DNA of 57,888 bases from an uncultured Dictyoglomota bacterium (GTDB lineage: Bacteria; Dictyoglomota; Dictyoglomia; Dictyoglomales; Dictyoglomaceae), in the NCBI GenBank assembly GCA_964654465.1, contig CAZZIO010000015.1:1-57888 (forward strand), in the 5' to 3' direction. The notes below the pieces were generated by a model. It worked only from the letters and a program-made list of their open reading frames with translations. It did no database searches and was not told where the DNA came from. The stretch's first letter is position 1. Each line of letters begins with the position of its first letter. Positions 9,732-18,493 of the stretch are shown here, one piece after another. A program made the position numbers and the translations under genes.

Positions 9732-10662
9732 AAATTCTCAGCTCCTTTAAAATTTCAGTAGCAAGGGCTAAAGCTAATTTTCCATCCTCAAGGGTAACTT
9801 CAGGATCCGACCCCTCAAGAATACAATTCACAAAATGTTCAAGCTCTAATCTCAAAGGTTCCTCTTTCTCTAAAACTGGAGTCTCTATAGATGTTTCAAC
9901 TTGTTTTCTATTCCCATGAATTATAGATATGCTTTGTTCCATATAATCTATGCTTATTAAATCCCCATTCTTCTCATAAATATCTAATCTTCTAATCTTT
10001 TTAGGAGTTACCCTACTGGCAATCAGATTTACAAGAAGATTTCCCTCAAAAACAAGTTCTACATTTGCAAAATCTTCATAAGAAGTATAAAAAGAATAAC
10101 CATATCCTTTTATGTCTAATATTTTTCTACCCTTACCTAATACATAAAAAAGTATATCCAAATCATGAATCATAAGATCCATTACAACCCCCACATCAGT
10201 TATCCTACCGTCAAAAGGACCAGATCTTTTTATCTCCATGTAAAAAGGATCATTTATATATCTTTTTAATTCTTGAACAGCAGGATTAAATCTTTCTATA
10301 TGACCTACCTGTAAAATAAGATTTTTCCCACTGGCAATCTCTAAAAGAGTTTCCGCTTCTTTTAAAGTTTGAGTTACAGGTTTCTCTATAAAAGTATGAA
10401 TACCTCTAAGCAAAAAGTCTTTTGCTATCTGAAAATGAGTATTAGTAGGAGTAACAATACTAACAGCATCAACCCTATCAAGTAAATCTCTATAATCAGA
10501 AGTTACAAAAGGTATATTATAAATAGAAGCAATCTCTTTTGCTCTTTGTAAATTTAAATCTGCAATTCCTACAATTTCTACTTTAGGAATCTCGCTGAAA
10601 ATTCTTACATGATGTTGCCCTAAATATCCTACTCCAACAACTCCTATCTTTACCTTATTCAT
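9709..10662 (-). CDS. Gfo/Idh/MocA oxidoreductase, probable UDP-GlcNAc 3-dehydrogenase (GnnA-like)
   Basis: GVGYLGQHH, EKP, QVGHIERFNPA, DLMIHDLD; position inside the lpx cluster supports GnnA. Confidence 0.75.
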   Translation of the reverse strand: MNKVKIGVVGVGYLGQHHVRIFSEIPKVEIVGIADLNLQRAKEIASIYNIPFVTSDYRDLLDRVDAVSIVTPTNTHFQIAKDFLLRGIHTFIEKPVTQTLKEAETLLEIASGKNLILQVGHIERFNPAVQELKRYINDPFYMEIKRSGPFDGRITDVGVVMDLMIHDLDILFYVLGKGRKILDIKGYGYSFYTSYEDFANVELVFEGNLLVNLIASRVTPKKIRRLDIYEKNGDLISIDYMEQSISIIHGNRKQVETSIETPVLEKEEPLRLELEHFVNCILEGSDPEVTLEDGKLALALATEILKELRIFDIKKDT

Positions 10663-12394
10663 CTCCTATATTACTCTCCTCAAGTTGCCATTTTATTATT
10701 CTTGCATAAATTCCACCCTTCTTCAAGAGATCTTCATGAGTACCCTCTTCTACTATTTCTCCATTTTCTAATACAATTATTCTATCAGCTTTTCTTATAG
10801 TAGATAAGCGATGAGCCACAATAAAAGCAGTTTTTCCCTCCATAAGATCTTTTAAAGCTTCCTGTACATAGGCTTCTGATTCTGAATCTAATGCTGAGGT
10901 AGCTTCATCAAGAATTATTAATCTTGGCTTTAAAAGAACAACTCTTGCAATAGCAATTCTTTGTGCCTGTCCTCCCGAAATACCTACCCCACCTTCTCCA
11001 ATTACAGTATCGTATCCATTTGGTAGATTCATAATAAAATCATGAGCCCTTGCAATTTTAGCAGCCTCTATAATTTCATCTAAAGTTACATTTGGGTTTC
11101 CATAACTTATATTATCCTTTACTGTACCATAAAAAATAATAGTCTCTTGTGGAACGAAACCTATTTGAGATCTTAAAGATTTTAAACTCACTTCTTTTAT
11201 ATTGTACCCATCAATTCTTACTTCTCCTTGAGTGGGATCTATAAACCTTGGAATAATATTTACCAGAGAACTTTTTCCTGCACCACTACTTCCAACAATA
11301 GCAATTTTTTCTCCAGGATTAACTTTAAGATTTATATTCTTTAAAACCCAACTCTTTCCGTCATATGTAAAATATACATTTTTAAATTCTACAAAACCTT
11401 TTATTGGAGGTAGAACTATTGGATTTTTAACCTCTTCTACTTCTTTACCTTTATCCAAAATCTCAAAAATTCTTTCTAAAGCTGCATAGGTTTGCCTAAG
11501 TCCTGAAAACACTCTAAGAATAGTTTGAGTAGGATCCAAAGCCATACCCACATAAGTAAGAAAGGCTACAAATGATCCCATTGTTATCTCTCCTCTTGCT
11601 ATCTTTCTTGTACCTAACCAAAGGATAAAAACAAGTGCTAAAGCACTTAAAAAGCTAGCAAGAGGAATTTGAAATGCTGTAAGTCTTGCAATTTTCAAAT
11701 TTCTAAAAAAGTTTTTCTCGTTTTCTTTCTTAAATCTTTCAATTTCTTTTTCTTCTTGAGAAAAGCCTCTTACTATTCTTGCTCCTTTTATACTCTCCTG
11801 TATAAGTTTTGTTAAATCTGCTACCTTTTTTTGTACAGACATGGACCATTTTTGTATTTCCCTACCTATACCAGATATAGAAAAAACAAAAAGAGGAATA
11901 ACAATAAGAGTTGCAAGAGCAAGTTGCCAATCTGTGATGAATATTATAACAAGTACTCCTGATAAAAGGACTATAGCATAAAAAAGATCTGCTATGCCTG
12001 ATAAAAAAGAAGTTTGTATCAATTGAGTATCTTGAAGAGTACGAGCTATAAGATCACTACTTCCCCATCTATTTAAATAATCTAAAGAGAGATATTGAAT
12101 CTTCTCGAATAATTTTTCTCTTAAATCTGCTACTAATCTATGACCAATAAAAGAAAAAATATAAATCTGACCATACAAAAAAATACTTCTTGTAAAAAGA
12201 AGAAGAATAATTATAAAGGCTAATCTATTTAAAACATTTAAATCTCTAATATGAGAAAGCTGATCCAAAAGTTCTCCTAAGAATTTTGGTGCATATAATT
12301 GAGCACCATTACCAACTATAATACAGAAAAAACCTATTATAAAATAAATTGCATATGGTTTTAAAAATTCAAATAGCCTTTTCAAGTACTTCAT
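10655..12394 (-). CDS. msbA: Lipid A flippase-type ABC exporter
   Basis: Fused TMD and NBD (GSSGAGKS, ISGGQAQR, ILDEATSALD, AHRLSTI) in the lpx cluster. Confidence 0.85.
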   Translation of the reverse strand: MKYLKRLFEFLKPYAIYFIIGFFCIIVGNGAQLYAPKFLGELLDQLSHIRDLNVLNRLAFIIILLLFTRSIFLYGQIYIFSFIGHRLVADLREKLFEKIQYLSLDYLNRWGSSDLIARTLQDTQLIQTSFLSGIADLFYAIVLLSGVLVIIFITDWQLALATLIVIPLFVFSISGIGREIQKWSMSVQKKVADLTKLIQESIKGARIVRGFSQEEKEIERFKKENEKNFFRNLKIARLTAFQIPLASFLSALALVFILWLGTRKIARGEITMGSFVAFLTYVGMALDPTQTILRVFSGLRQTYAALERIFEILDKGKEVEEVKNPIVLPPIKGFVEFKNVYFTYDGKSWVLKNINLKVNPGEKIAIVGSSGAGKSSLVNIIPRFIDPTQGEVRIDGYNIKEVSLKSLRSQIGFVPQETIIFYGTVKDNISYGNPNVTLDEIIEAAKIARAHDFIMNLPNGYDTVIGEGGVGISGGQAQRIAIARVVLLKPRLIILDEATSALDSESEAYVQEALKDLMEGKTAFIVAHRLSTIRKADRIIVLENGEIVEEGTHEDLLKKGGIYARIIKWQLEESNIGDE

Positions 12395-13460
12395 GATAAA
12401 AATCCTTCCAGATCAACTCGGACGATAGATAATTCTTATTAAACTTTTCTTTTAACTCATTATGTATATTTAAGATTATCTCCCTTTCAACAATTAATCC
12501 TCTTAAAAATTCTAACACATCCTTAAACAAAAATTTACCTACTACTTCAGGTAGTATTCCAGGATATAGCTTATTGGGCAAGGCTAAATATGGATTTCTA
12601 TTTAAGTAGGCTTTTATAATAAAATCTCGTATTCTTCCCTTAAACAAATTACCAATCCCTTCAAGAGGAAGATATTCTGGTCTATGAAGAGGCAATATTA
12701 CTAACATAGGAATCTTCATATATGCAAGTTGCAAAGTATTGGTACCAGGAAGTGTAATAGCAAGAAAATAACCATTCACATCTCTCATATCCTTTAGATC
12801 TCTAAACTCCATAGGTAAATCTTTCCAAAGAGGTTGCAGTTTCTCTAATATTTTTCCCCTTTCTGATGGATTTAAAAAGGGAGAGAAAAATAAGGTGAAG
12901 TTAAGATCTGGAAAATCTTTTAAAATTTCTCTTGCTAACATGAAATAAAATGGCAAATAAAATCTCAACCCATAGGTCCTACTCCCCGGAAATAAAGCAA
13001 TTTTATTATTGTTAGAAAACCCATTATTGGGAAGAAAATCAAATCTTAAATCTCCAACTACTACTGCCTTTTTATATTTCAATACTTCAGATGCATAGAT
13101 CCTATTATAAAATCTTTCCCAATAAAAATCTTTCTCCAAGTATGCTAAAGATTTACTTTTCCACCTTTTGGCAAGAGCCAAATTAAAAAATAAATCTCCT
13201 CCTATATGGAAGATTATTGTGTTACTTTCTTTAACTTTAAAAAGCTTCCAATATTCATTTGGTAAGATTATATCTTCAAAAAATTCCCATGTTCTTACAA
13301 CTCTTTCTTCTTCTCCTGATGCAAATTGACAAGGATTTAATATTAAATAATATGACAAATTTTTACTCCAAAAAGGCTCATACTCCCTTATCCACTGTAC
13401 CAATGGATAGAGCCAGCCTGCTATTTCTCCAGGCCCATTAGCTATGAAATAAATTTTCAT
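12369..13460 (-). CDS. LpxB-related GT-B glycosyltransferase (NGPGE type)
   Basis: N-terminal ANGPGE motif; LpxB-like IALFPGSR, TLPGTNTLQLA, LALPN. Confidence 0.7.
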   Translation of the reverse strand: MKIYFIANGPGEIAGWLYPLVQWIREYEPFWSKNLSYYLILNPCQFASGEEERVVRTWEFFEDIILPNEYWKLFKVKESNTIIFHIGGDLFFNLALAKRWKSKSLAYLEKDFYWERFYNRIYASEVLKYKKAVVVGDLRFDFLPNNGFSNNNKIALFPGSRTYGLRFYLPFYFMLAREILKDFPDLNFTLFFSPFLNPSERGKILEKLQPLWKDLPMEFRDLKDMRDVNGYFLAITLPGTNTLQLAYMKIPMLVILPLHRPEYLPLEGIGNLFKGRIRDFIIKAYLNRNPYLALPNKLYPGILPEVVGKFLFKDVLEFLRGLIVEREIILNIHNELKEKFNKNYLSSELIWKDFYHEVLEKAI

Positions 13461-14545
13461 AAAAGATTTAATATAAAATCAGAAATTTTATCTAAAACCC
13501 CAGGTTTTCCAATTATTTCAGAGATTCTATCAAGATCTTTTAACATTTTTTCTCTTCTATCGCTATCTTTCAAAAAATCATCTATATCCTTAACAACCTT
13601 GTTTATATCTATATACTGCACATACTCAGGAAATATACGTTTTTCTAAAATAATATTGGGCAAAGCAATATAAGGATAATGAACAAGTCTTTTAGCAATA
13701 AAATAAGTCAATGGAGAGATCTTATAAAATACAAAAACAGGTGTCTTGAGAATGGCAGCCTCTAAAGTTACTGTACCAGAGGCTACAAGGCTTATGACAG
13801 ATGCCCTTAAGATCTTTTGGCTTTCATTTCCTGACACAACTTTCACCAAATTCTCCTTCCCTTTAATGATAGAATATAATAAATTAGAAAAATTTTGACT
13901 TGCTAAAGGAATAACAAATTTATATCCTGGCAATTTCTCAGCTATCTCTAAAAAAATAGGAGTAAGTTTTTTAATTTCCTGTACTCTACTTCCTGGGAAA
14001 AGTCCTATAAGATCATTTTTTTTGTCTATATTTGAATAAACTGAAAGATAATCTATAAGAGGATGTCCAAAAAAAACCACATTATCTCCAAATGATTTAT
14101 ATAAAGAATACTCTTGAGGAAAAGTAGCAATTATCCAATCCAAATTTGAAAGAACTTCTTTAGCTTCTTCTTTCTTTCCCCATAGCCAATATTGTGGAGC
14201 AAAATAATATACAGTTATTATACCTAAACTTTTCGCATATTTTGCTAATGGGAGGTTAAAACCTTGAGCATCAATAAATATAGCAAGATCAGGTCTTGCC
14301 TCTCTTAATAAATTTTTGGCTTCTTGCTGTATTTTTAATAACTTTGGAATATAAGGTAAAGGCTCAACAAAACCAACAGTACTATATCTTGTTAGATCCC
14401 ATCTTACATCTAAGCCTTCTTCCTTCATTCTTTCTCCGCCAAGACCAAAAAAATATATATTTTTTTGTTTTTGTTTTAGCGCATTTATAAGCTTTGATCC
14501 ATGTAAATCAGCAGAAACTTCTAATGCTGAAAAGAATATTTTCAT
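13457..14545 (-). CDS. lpxB: Lipid-A-disaccharide synthase
   Basis: EVSADLHG, IDAQGFN, YYFAPQYWLW, GHPL, LFPGSRVQE, ASGTVTLE, IALPNII. Confidence 0.92.
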   Translation of the reverse strand: MKIFFSALEVSADLHGSKLINALKQKQKNIYFFGLGGERMKEEGLDVRWDLTRYSTVGFVEPLPYIPKLLKIQQEAKNLLREARPDLAIFIDAQGFNLPLAKYAKSLGIITVYYFAPQYWLWGKKEEAKEVLSNLDWIIATFPQEYSLYKSFGDNVVFFGHPLIDYLSVYSNIDKKNDLIGLFPGSRVQEIKKLTPIFLEIAEKLPGYKFVIPLASQNFSNLLYSIIKGKENLVKVVSGNESQKILRASVISLVASGTVTLEAAILKTPVFVFYKISPLTYFIAKRLVHYPYIALPNIILEKRIFPEYVQYIDINKVVKDIDDFLKDSDRREKMLKDLDRISEIIGKPGVLDKISDFILNLL

Positions 14546-15336
14546 TCTTCATTCCTCCAAGATGCATCAGCAATTCCTCTTTTCGAGCCTTTAACAAAAT
14601 CAACCAACATTTTAGCCTCTTCATATTCTATCTTAGATATTGCCTCTAATCTTTTCTCAAAAGATAAACCTTTATCATATAATATATGAAAGAGTTTTCT
14701 AATTATTCTAATCCTATCACTCGAAAAACCATTTCTTCTTAGACCTACCACATTAATACCATATATTAGAGCCGGATTACCATCACATAAAGAAAAGGGA
14801 GGAATATCTTTAACCAACTTAGATAATGCTCCAACCATTGCATAACTACCTATCCTTACGAACTGATGAATCCCTACAAGACCACTTATAAATGCCTTGT
14901 CTCCAATTTCCACATATCCAGCAAGTTGTGTGGCATTGGCTATTATAACATCTCTTCCAATTTTAACATTGTGAGCCACATGAACATATGCCATTAAATA
15001 ACAATTATCACCTATGATTGTAGCATTACCATTACCAGATGCCCTATGAAATACACAATATTCTCTTATTGTTACATTATTTCCTATTATAAGAAAACTT
15101 TCTTCTCCTCTGAAACTCAAATCTTGAGGAATATCACCTAAAACACTTCCTGTATGTATATGACAACCACTACCTATAATGGTTCCTCTTTTAATATGAA
15201 CATTGTTTTCAATTTTTGTATAATCTCCAATTCTTACCCCATCCTCAATTACAGTAAAAGGACCAATCTCTACATTTATACCTATTTCAGCCTTACCACT
15301 GATTATAGCAGTAGGATGTATTGATACATCCTTCAT
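14542..15336 (-). CDS. lpxA: Acyl-ACP--UDP-N-acetylglucosamine acyltransferase
   Basis: IHPTAII, hexapeptide repeats, PQDL, MAYVHVAHN, IHQFVRIG, GINVVGLRR. Confidence 0.95.
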   Translation of the reverse strand: MKDVSIHPTAIISGKAEIGINVEIGPFTVIEDGVRIGDYTKIENNVHIKRGTIIGSGCHIHTGSVLGDIPQDLSFRGEESFLIIGNNVTIREYCVFHRASGNGNATIIGDNCYLMAYVHVAHNVKIGRDVIIANATQLAGYVEIGDKAFISGLVGIHQFVRIGSYAMVGALSKLVKDIPPFSLCDGNPALIYGINVVGLRRNGFSSDRIRIIRKLFHILYDKGLSFEKRLEAISKIEYEEAKMLVDFVKGSKRGIADASWRNEE

Positions 15337-15773
15337 TCTTTTCCTCCTAATGCAATAGTAATTTCTCCGTCTGCCACAATATTATCATCTACTTTACAAA
15401 TTGCATCAAACTTATATATATTCCTTACTGTTTGCTTTAGTTTTACTTCTAAAACTATTTGATCACCCGGAATTACTGGTTTTCTAAATTTAACGTTATT
15501 CACCCCTGCTAAATACGCTATATATTCTTTATCACTTTTATCTTTTCCATAGCTTAGAAATAAAAATATACCTGCAGACTGTGCCATAGCTTCAATTATT
15601 AATACTCCCGGCATAATAGGTCTTTCAGGAAAATGTCCTACAAAAAAATAGTCATTATACGTAACATTTTTTATTGCTTTTAACCATTCCCCTTCTTTAA
15701 AATCTAATACTTTATCAACAAGAAGAAAAGGGAAACGATGAGGAAGAATTTTAGTAATATCAATATTATTCAC
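15333..15773 (-). CDS. fabZ: 3-hydroxyacyl-ACP dehydratase
   Basis: LPHRFPFLLVD, GHFPERPIMPGVLIIEAMAQ. Confidence 0.96.
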   Translation of the reverse strand: MNNIDITKILPHRFPFLLVDKVLDFKEGEWLKAIKNVTYNDYFFVGHFPERPIMPGVLIIEAMAQSAGIFLFLSYGKDKSDKEYIAYLAGVNNVKFRKPVIPGDQIVLEVKLKQTVRNIYKFDAICKVDDNIVADGEITIALGGKE

Positions 15774-15777
15774 ATCA

Positions 15778-16581
15778 TCACCCCCTAAGTAGATATGACA
15801 TAGCTTTCATATGTAGCGAGTGTCCTGATCCAATAGATATAATTTTTAATTTTAATCTTTTACCTGAAAGGGATATATCACCTATTAAATCAAGAATTTT
15901 ATGCCTTACTGGCTCATCTTTGAAGCGAGGTTCATTAACATATCTACCTTCTCCCACAAGAAGTGCATTGTTAAGATCAGCACCACTTATGAGTCCTTTT
16001 TTAACAAGCTCCTCTACCTCATAATAAAACCCGAAAGTTCTTGCTGGAGCAATTTCAGTTTTATAATCTTTAAGATCTTTTAAATAAAATGTTTGCCATC
16101 TTAAAAAGGAATTAGGAAAAGAGATAGCACAAAGTACTTGAAATCTGCTTGAGGGAAAAAAGAGAATTTCAGCATTTTTAACCCTAAAAGAATATGGTTT
16201 CTCAATCGTCAATTCATCTATTAAATCATCCTGATCTTTTACTAAATCCTCAAGAATTTCTACCCAATAAAAAGCACTGCCATCTAAAATTGGCACTTCG
16301 TCTCCATCAACTTCCACATATAAGTTAGAAATTCCAAGGTAATATAATGAAGACAAAAAATGTTCAACAGTAGAAATCTTTTCGCCATCTTTTTCTAAAA
16401 CAACTCTACGTGAAGTTTCTACTACAAACTTATAATTGGCTGGAATTTTTACTTTATTCTTAATAAACAAAACACCTGTATTTTCTGGGGCAGAATGTAA
16501 ATACATTTTAGTATAACAACCAGTATGTAGGCCTTTACCTTCTACCTTGACAGATTCTTTTATTGTTCTTTGTCTAACCAA
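15778..16581 (-). CDS. lpxC: UDP-3-O-acyl-N-acetylglucosamine deacetylase
   Basis: GKGLHTG, TVEHFLS, EVPILDGSA, IAPARTFG, VRHKILDLIGD, GHSLH. Confidence 0.95.
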   Translation of the reverse strand: MVRQRTIKESVKVEGKGLHTGCYTKMYLHSAPENTGVLFIKNKVKIPANYKFVVETSRRVVLEKDGEKISTVEHFLSSLYYLGISNLYVEVDGDEVPILDGSAFYWVEILEDLVKDQDDLIDELTIEKPYSFRVKNAEILFFPSSRFQVLCAISFPNSFLRWQTFYLKDLKDYKTEIAPARTFGFYYEVEELVKKGLISGADLNNALLVGEGRYVNEPRFKDEPVRHKILDLIGDISLSGKRLKLKIISIGSGHSLHMKAMSYLLRG

Positions 16582-17566
16582 GTTTATCCCTCAACTTCTT
16601 TATTTCTTCCCAAATCTCAGGAAGTCTTCTCATAATAGCTTGTACTCTCATCTCTTCCCTATGAGGTCTGGCGGGAAATCCAGAAACTATCATGTTATCA
16701 GGTATGTCTTTAATCACACCACTCTTAGCAAGGATGGTTACGTTATTGCCTACTTTAACATGATCAGAAACACCGCTTTGACCTGCCATGATTACATTAT
16801 TTCCTAATTTACTACTTCCAGCTATACCACTCTGACTTACTATAACGCAATTCTCTCCTATTCTTACATTATGTCCTATGATTATCAATGATCCTATTTT
16901 AGTACCTTTACCTATGCGTGTTTCTCCCAAAGTGGCTCTTTCAATAACCGTGTTTCCTCCTATTTCTACTTCATCCTCTATAACCACCTTACCAATATGA
17001 GGGATTTTGTAATGCTCTTCTCCATTCCATACATATCCAAAACCATCTATTCCAATACTACATCCTGAATGAATTATAACTCTATCTCCAATATAGCAAT
17101 GGTCATAAATAGTTACTCTTGGATATATGATACAATTCTCACCTATTTCCACATTATTTCCTATTACTACTCCTGAAAATATCTTTGATCCTTTGCCAAT
17201 CTTTACATTATCTCCTATAACAGTATATGGTGCTATTCCCACATCCTCTCCTAATTGAATCCCTTTGCCCATAATAACTGTAGGATGAATATCTTTAGGA
17301 TATACCCGCCAATCAAAATACTTTAATAATTCTGCCATTGCAAGTTTAGGATTCTCAACCCTTATATGTGGCTTAGAAGAAGACCCACCATATGGAATCA
17401 CCATTGCTTTTGCCCCTGTTTTTTCAGCTACTTTTATATCATCCAAATCAAATACAAATATAAGATCATTATCTCCTGCTTTGTCCCATTCAGAGATCTT
17501 TTCTATATATACATCTTCCCCAACTAACTCTCCATTAATTATCTTTGCTATTTCACTAAGATGCAT
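16574..17566 (-). CDS. lpxD: UDP-3-O-acyl-glucosamine N-acyltransferase
   Basis: N-terminal uridine-binding domain, hexapeptide repeats, IGIDGFGY, IGHNV, GFPARP. Confidence 0.95.
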   Translation of the reverse strand: MHLSEIAKIINGELVGEDVYIEKISEWDKAGDNDLIFVFDLDDIKVAEKTGAKAMVIPYGGSSSKPHIRVENPKLAMAELLKYFDWRVYPKDIHPTVIMGKGIQLGEDVGIAPYTVIGDNVKIGKGSKIFSGVVIGNNVEIGENCIIYPRVTIYDHCYIGDRVIIHSGCSIGIDGFGYVWNGEEHYKIPHIGKVVIEDEVEIGGNTVIERATLGETRIGKGTKIGSLIIIGHNVRIGENCVIVSQSGIAGSSKLGNNVIMAGQSGVSDHVKVGNNVTILAKSGVIKDIPDNMIVSGFPARPHREEMRVQAIMRRLPEIWEEIKKLRDKLG

Positions 17567-17579
17567 CTTTATTCACCCT

Positions 17580-18008
17580 TTATTTATTCAAATTTTTTAA
17601 AACCTCATCAGTAATATCAATCCCACCCCATATTCTTATCTTCTTTTCGATAACCACAGAAAGCTTCTTGATCTTTGCTATATTTTCAACTTCTTTTAAA
17701 ATTTTATTTTTTATATCTTGTCTTGCTTTCTCTACATATTCTCCTAATTTTTTCTCTTCTTTAGCCCTTAATTCATTAATCTCCTTATCAGTTTTTCCAC
17801 TTTTCTTGGCATCAACTACCAATTTCTCAATTTCAGACTGTCTTTTCTGTATTACAGTTTGAACACTCTTAGTATATCTGAAATCAAGAAATACCTTTGA
17901 ATAATCTATATATCCTATATTAATACTCTGTTGAGAAGAAATAATAGAGAAAGATGAAACAAATATAATGTATACAGATAAAATTATCTTCAATAGCCTT
18001 TTTTTCAT
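17580..18008 (-). CDS. skp: OmpH/Skp family periplasmic chaperone
   Basis: Signal peptide, IGYID, helical tentacle, GGIDITDEVLK. Confidence 0.85.
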   Translation of the reverse strand: MKKRLLKIILSVYIIFVSSFSIISSQQSINIGYIDYSKVFLDFRYTKSVQTVIQKRQSEIEKLVVDAKKSGKTDKEINELRAKEEKKLGEYVEKARQDIKNKILKEVENIAKIKKLSVVIEKKIRIWGGIDITDEVLKNLNK

Positions 18009-18010
18009 GT

Positions 18011-18481
18011 CTATTTACCAGAAGATAGAATATTTATAACTTTATCTGTAATATCTACTCCGCCCCAAATTACAATCTCCTGACCTTGTACATTCTTTGT
18101 AAGTACTGCTATGTATCCCTCTTTTTTAGCAAGATCAGAGAATATTTTATCAAGAGTCTTTTTTAAGCTATCTAACACTTTTTCCACTGCTTGCTTATAA
18201 GGTTGAAGTTCCGCATCATATTGGGCCGATAGTTTCTTTATTTCATCCTGAGATTTTCCAGCCTTCTGAGCTTCATTAAGCTTATTAAGCCTATCTTGAT
18301 ATTCTTGTTGATATTTATTATAGGCATTCATAAAAGGAGGATAACTTCTTAAAAGTTTATCTTCATCAATATATGCTATTTTCAGAGAAGTCTGAGTCTG
18401 TGCTCCAACAATTTTAATACCAACAAAGATGAATGAGATTGCAATTAGTAAAAATACTATGAACAGACCATATTTTTTCAT
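18011..18481 (-). CDS. skp: OmpH/Skp family periplasmic chaperone (second copy)
   Basis: Signal peptide, KIAYID, GGVDITDKVI. Confidence 0.85.
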   Translation of the reverse strand: MKKYGLFIVFLLIAISFIFVGIKIVGAQTQTSLKIAYIDEDKLLRSYPPFMNAYNKYQQEYQDRLNKLNEAQKAGKSQDEIKKLSAQYDAELQPYKQAVEKVLDSLKKTLDKIFSDLAKKEGYIAVLTKNVQGQEIVIWGGVDITDKVINILSSGK

Positions 18482-18493
18482 TTTCCTTACCTC

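Noticed and set aside
14069-14467. 8-nt homopolymer runs in lpxB as phase-variation sites
   Set aside because: The frame is intact and such runs are common at this AT content
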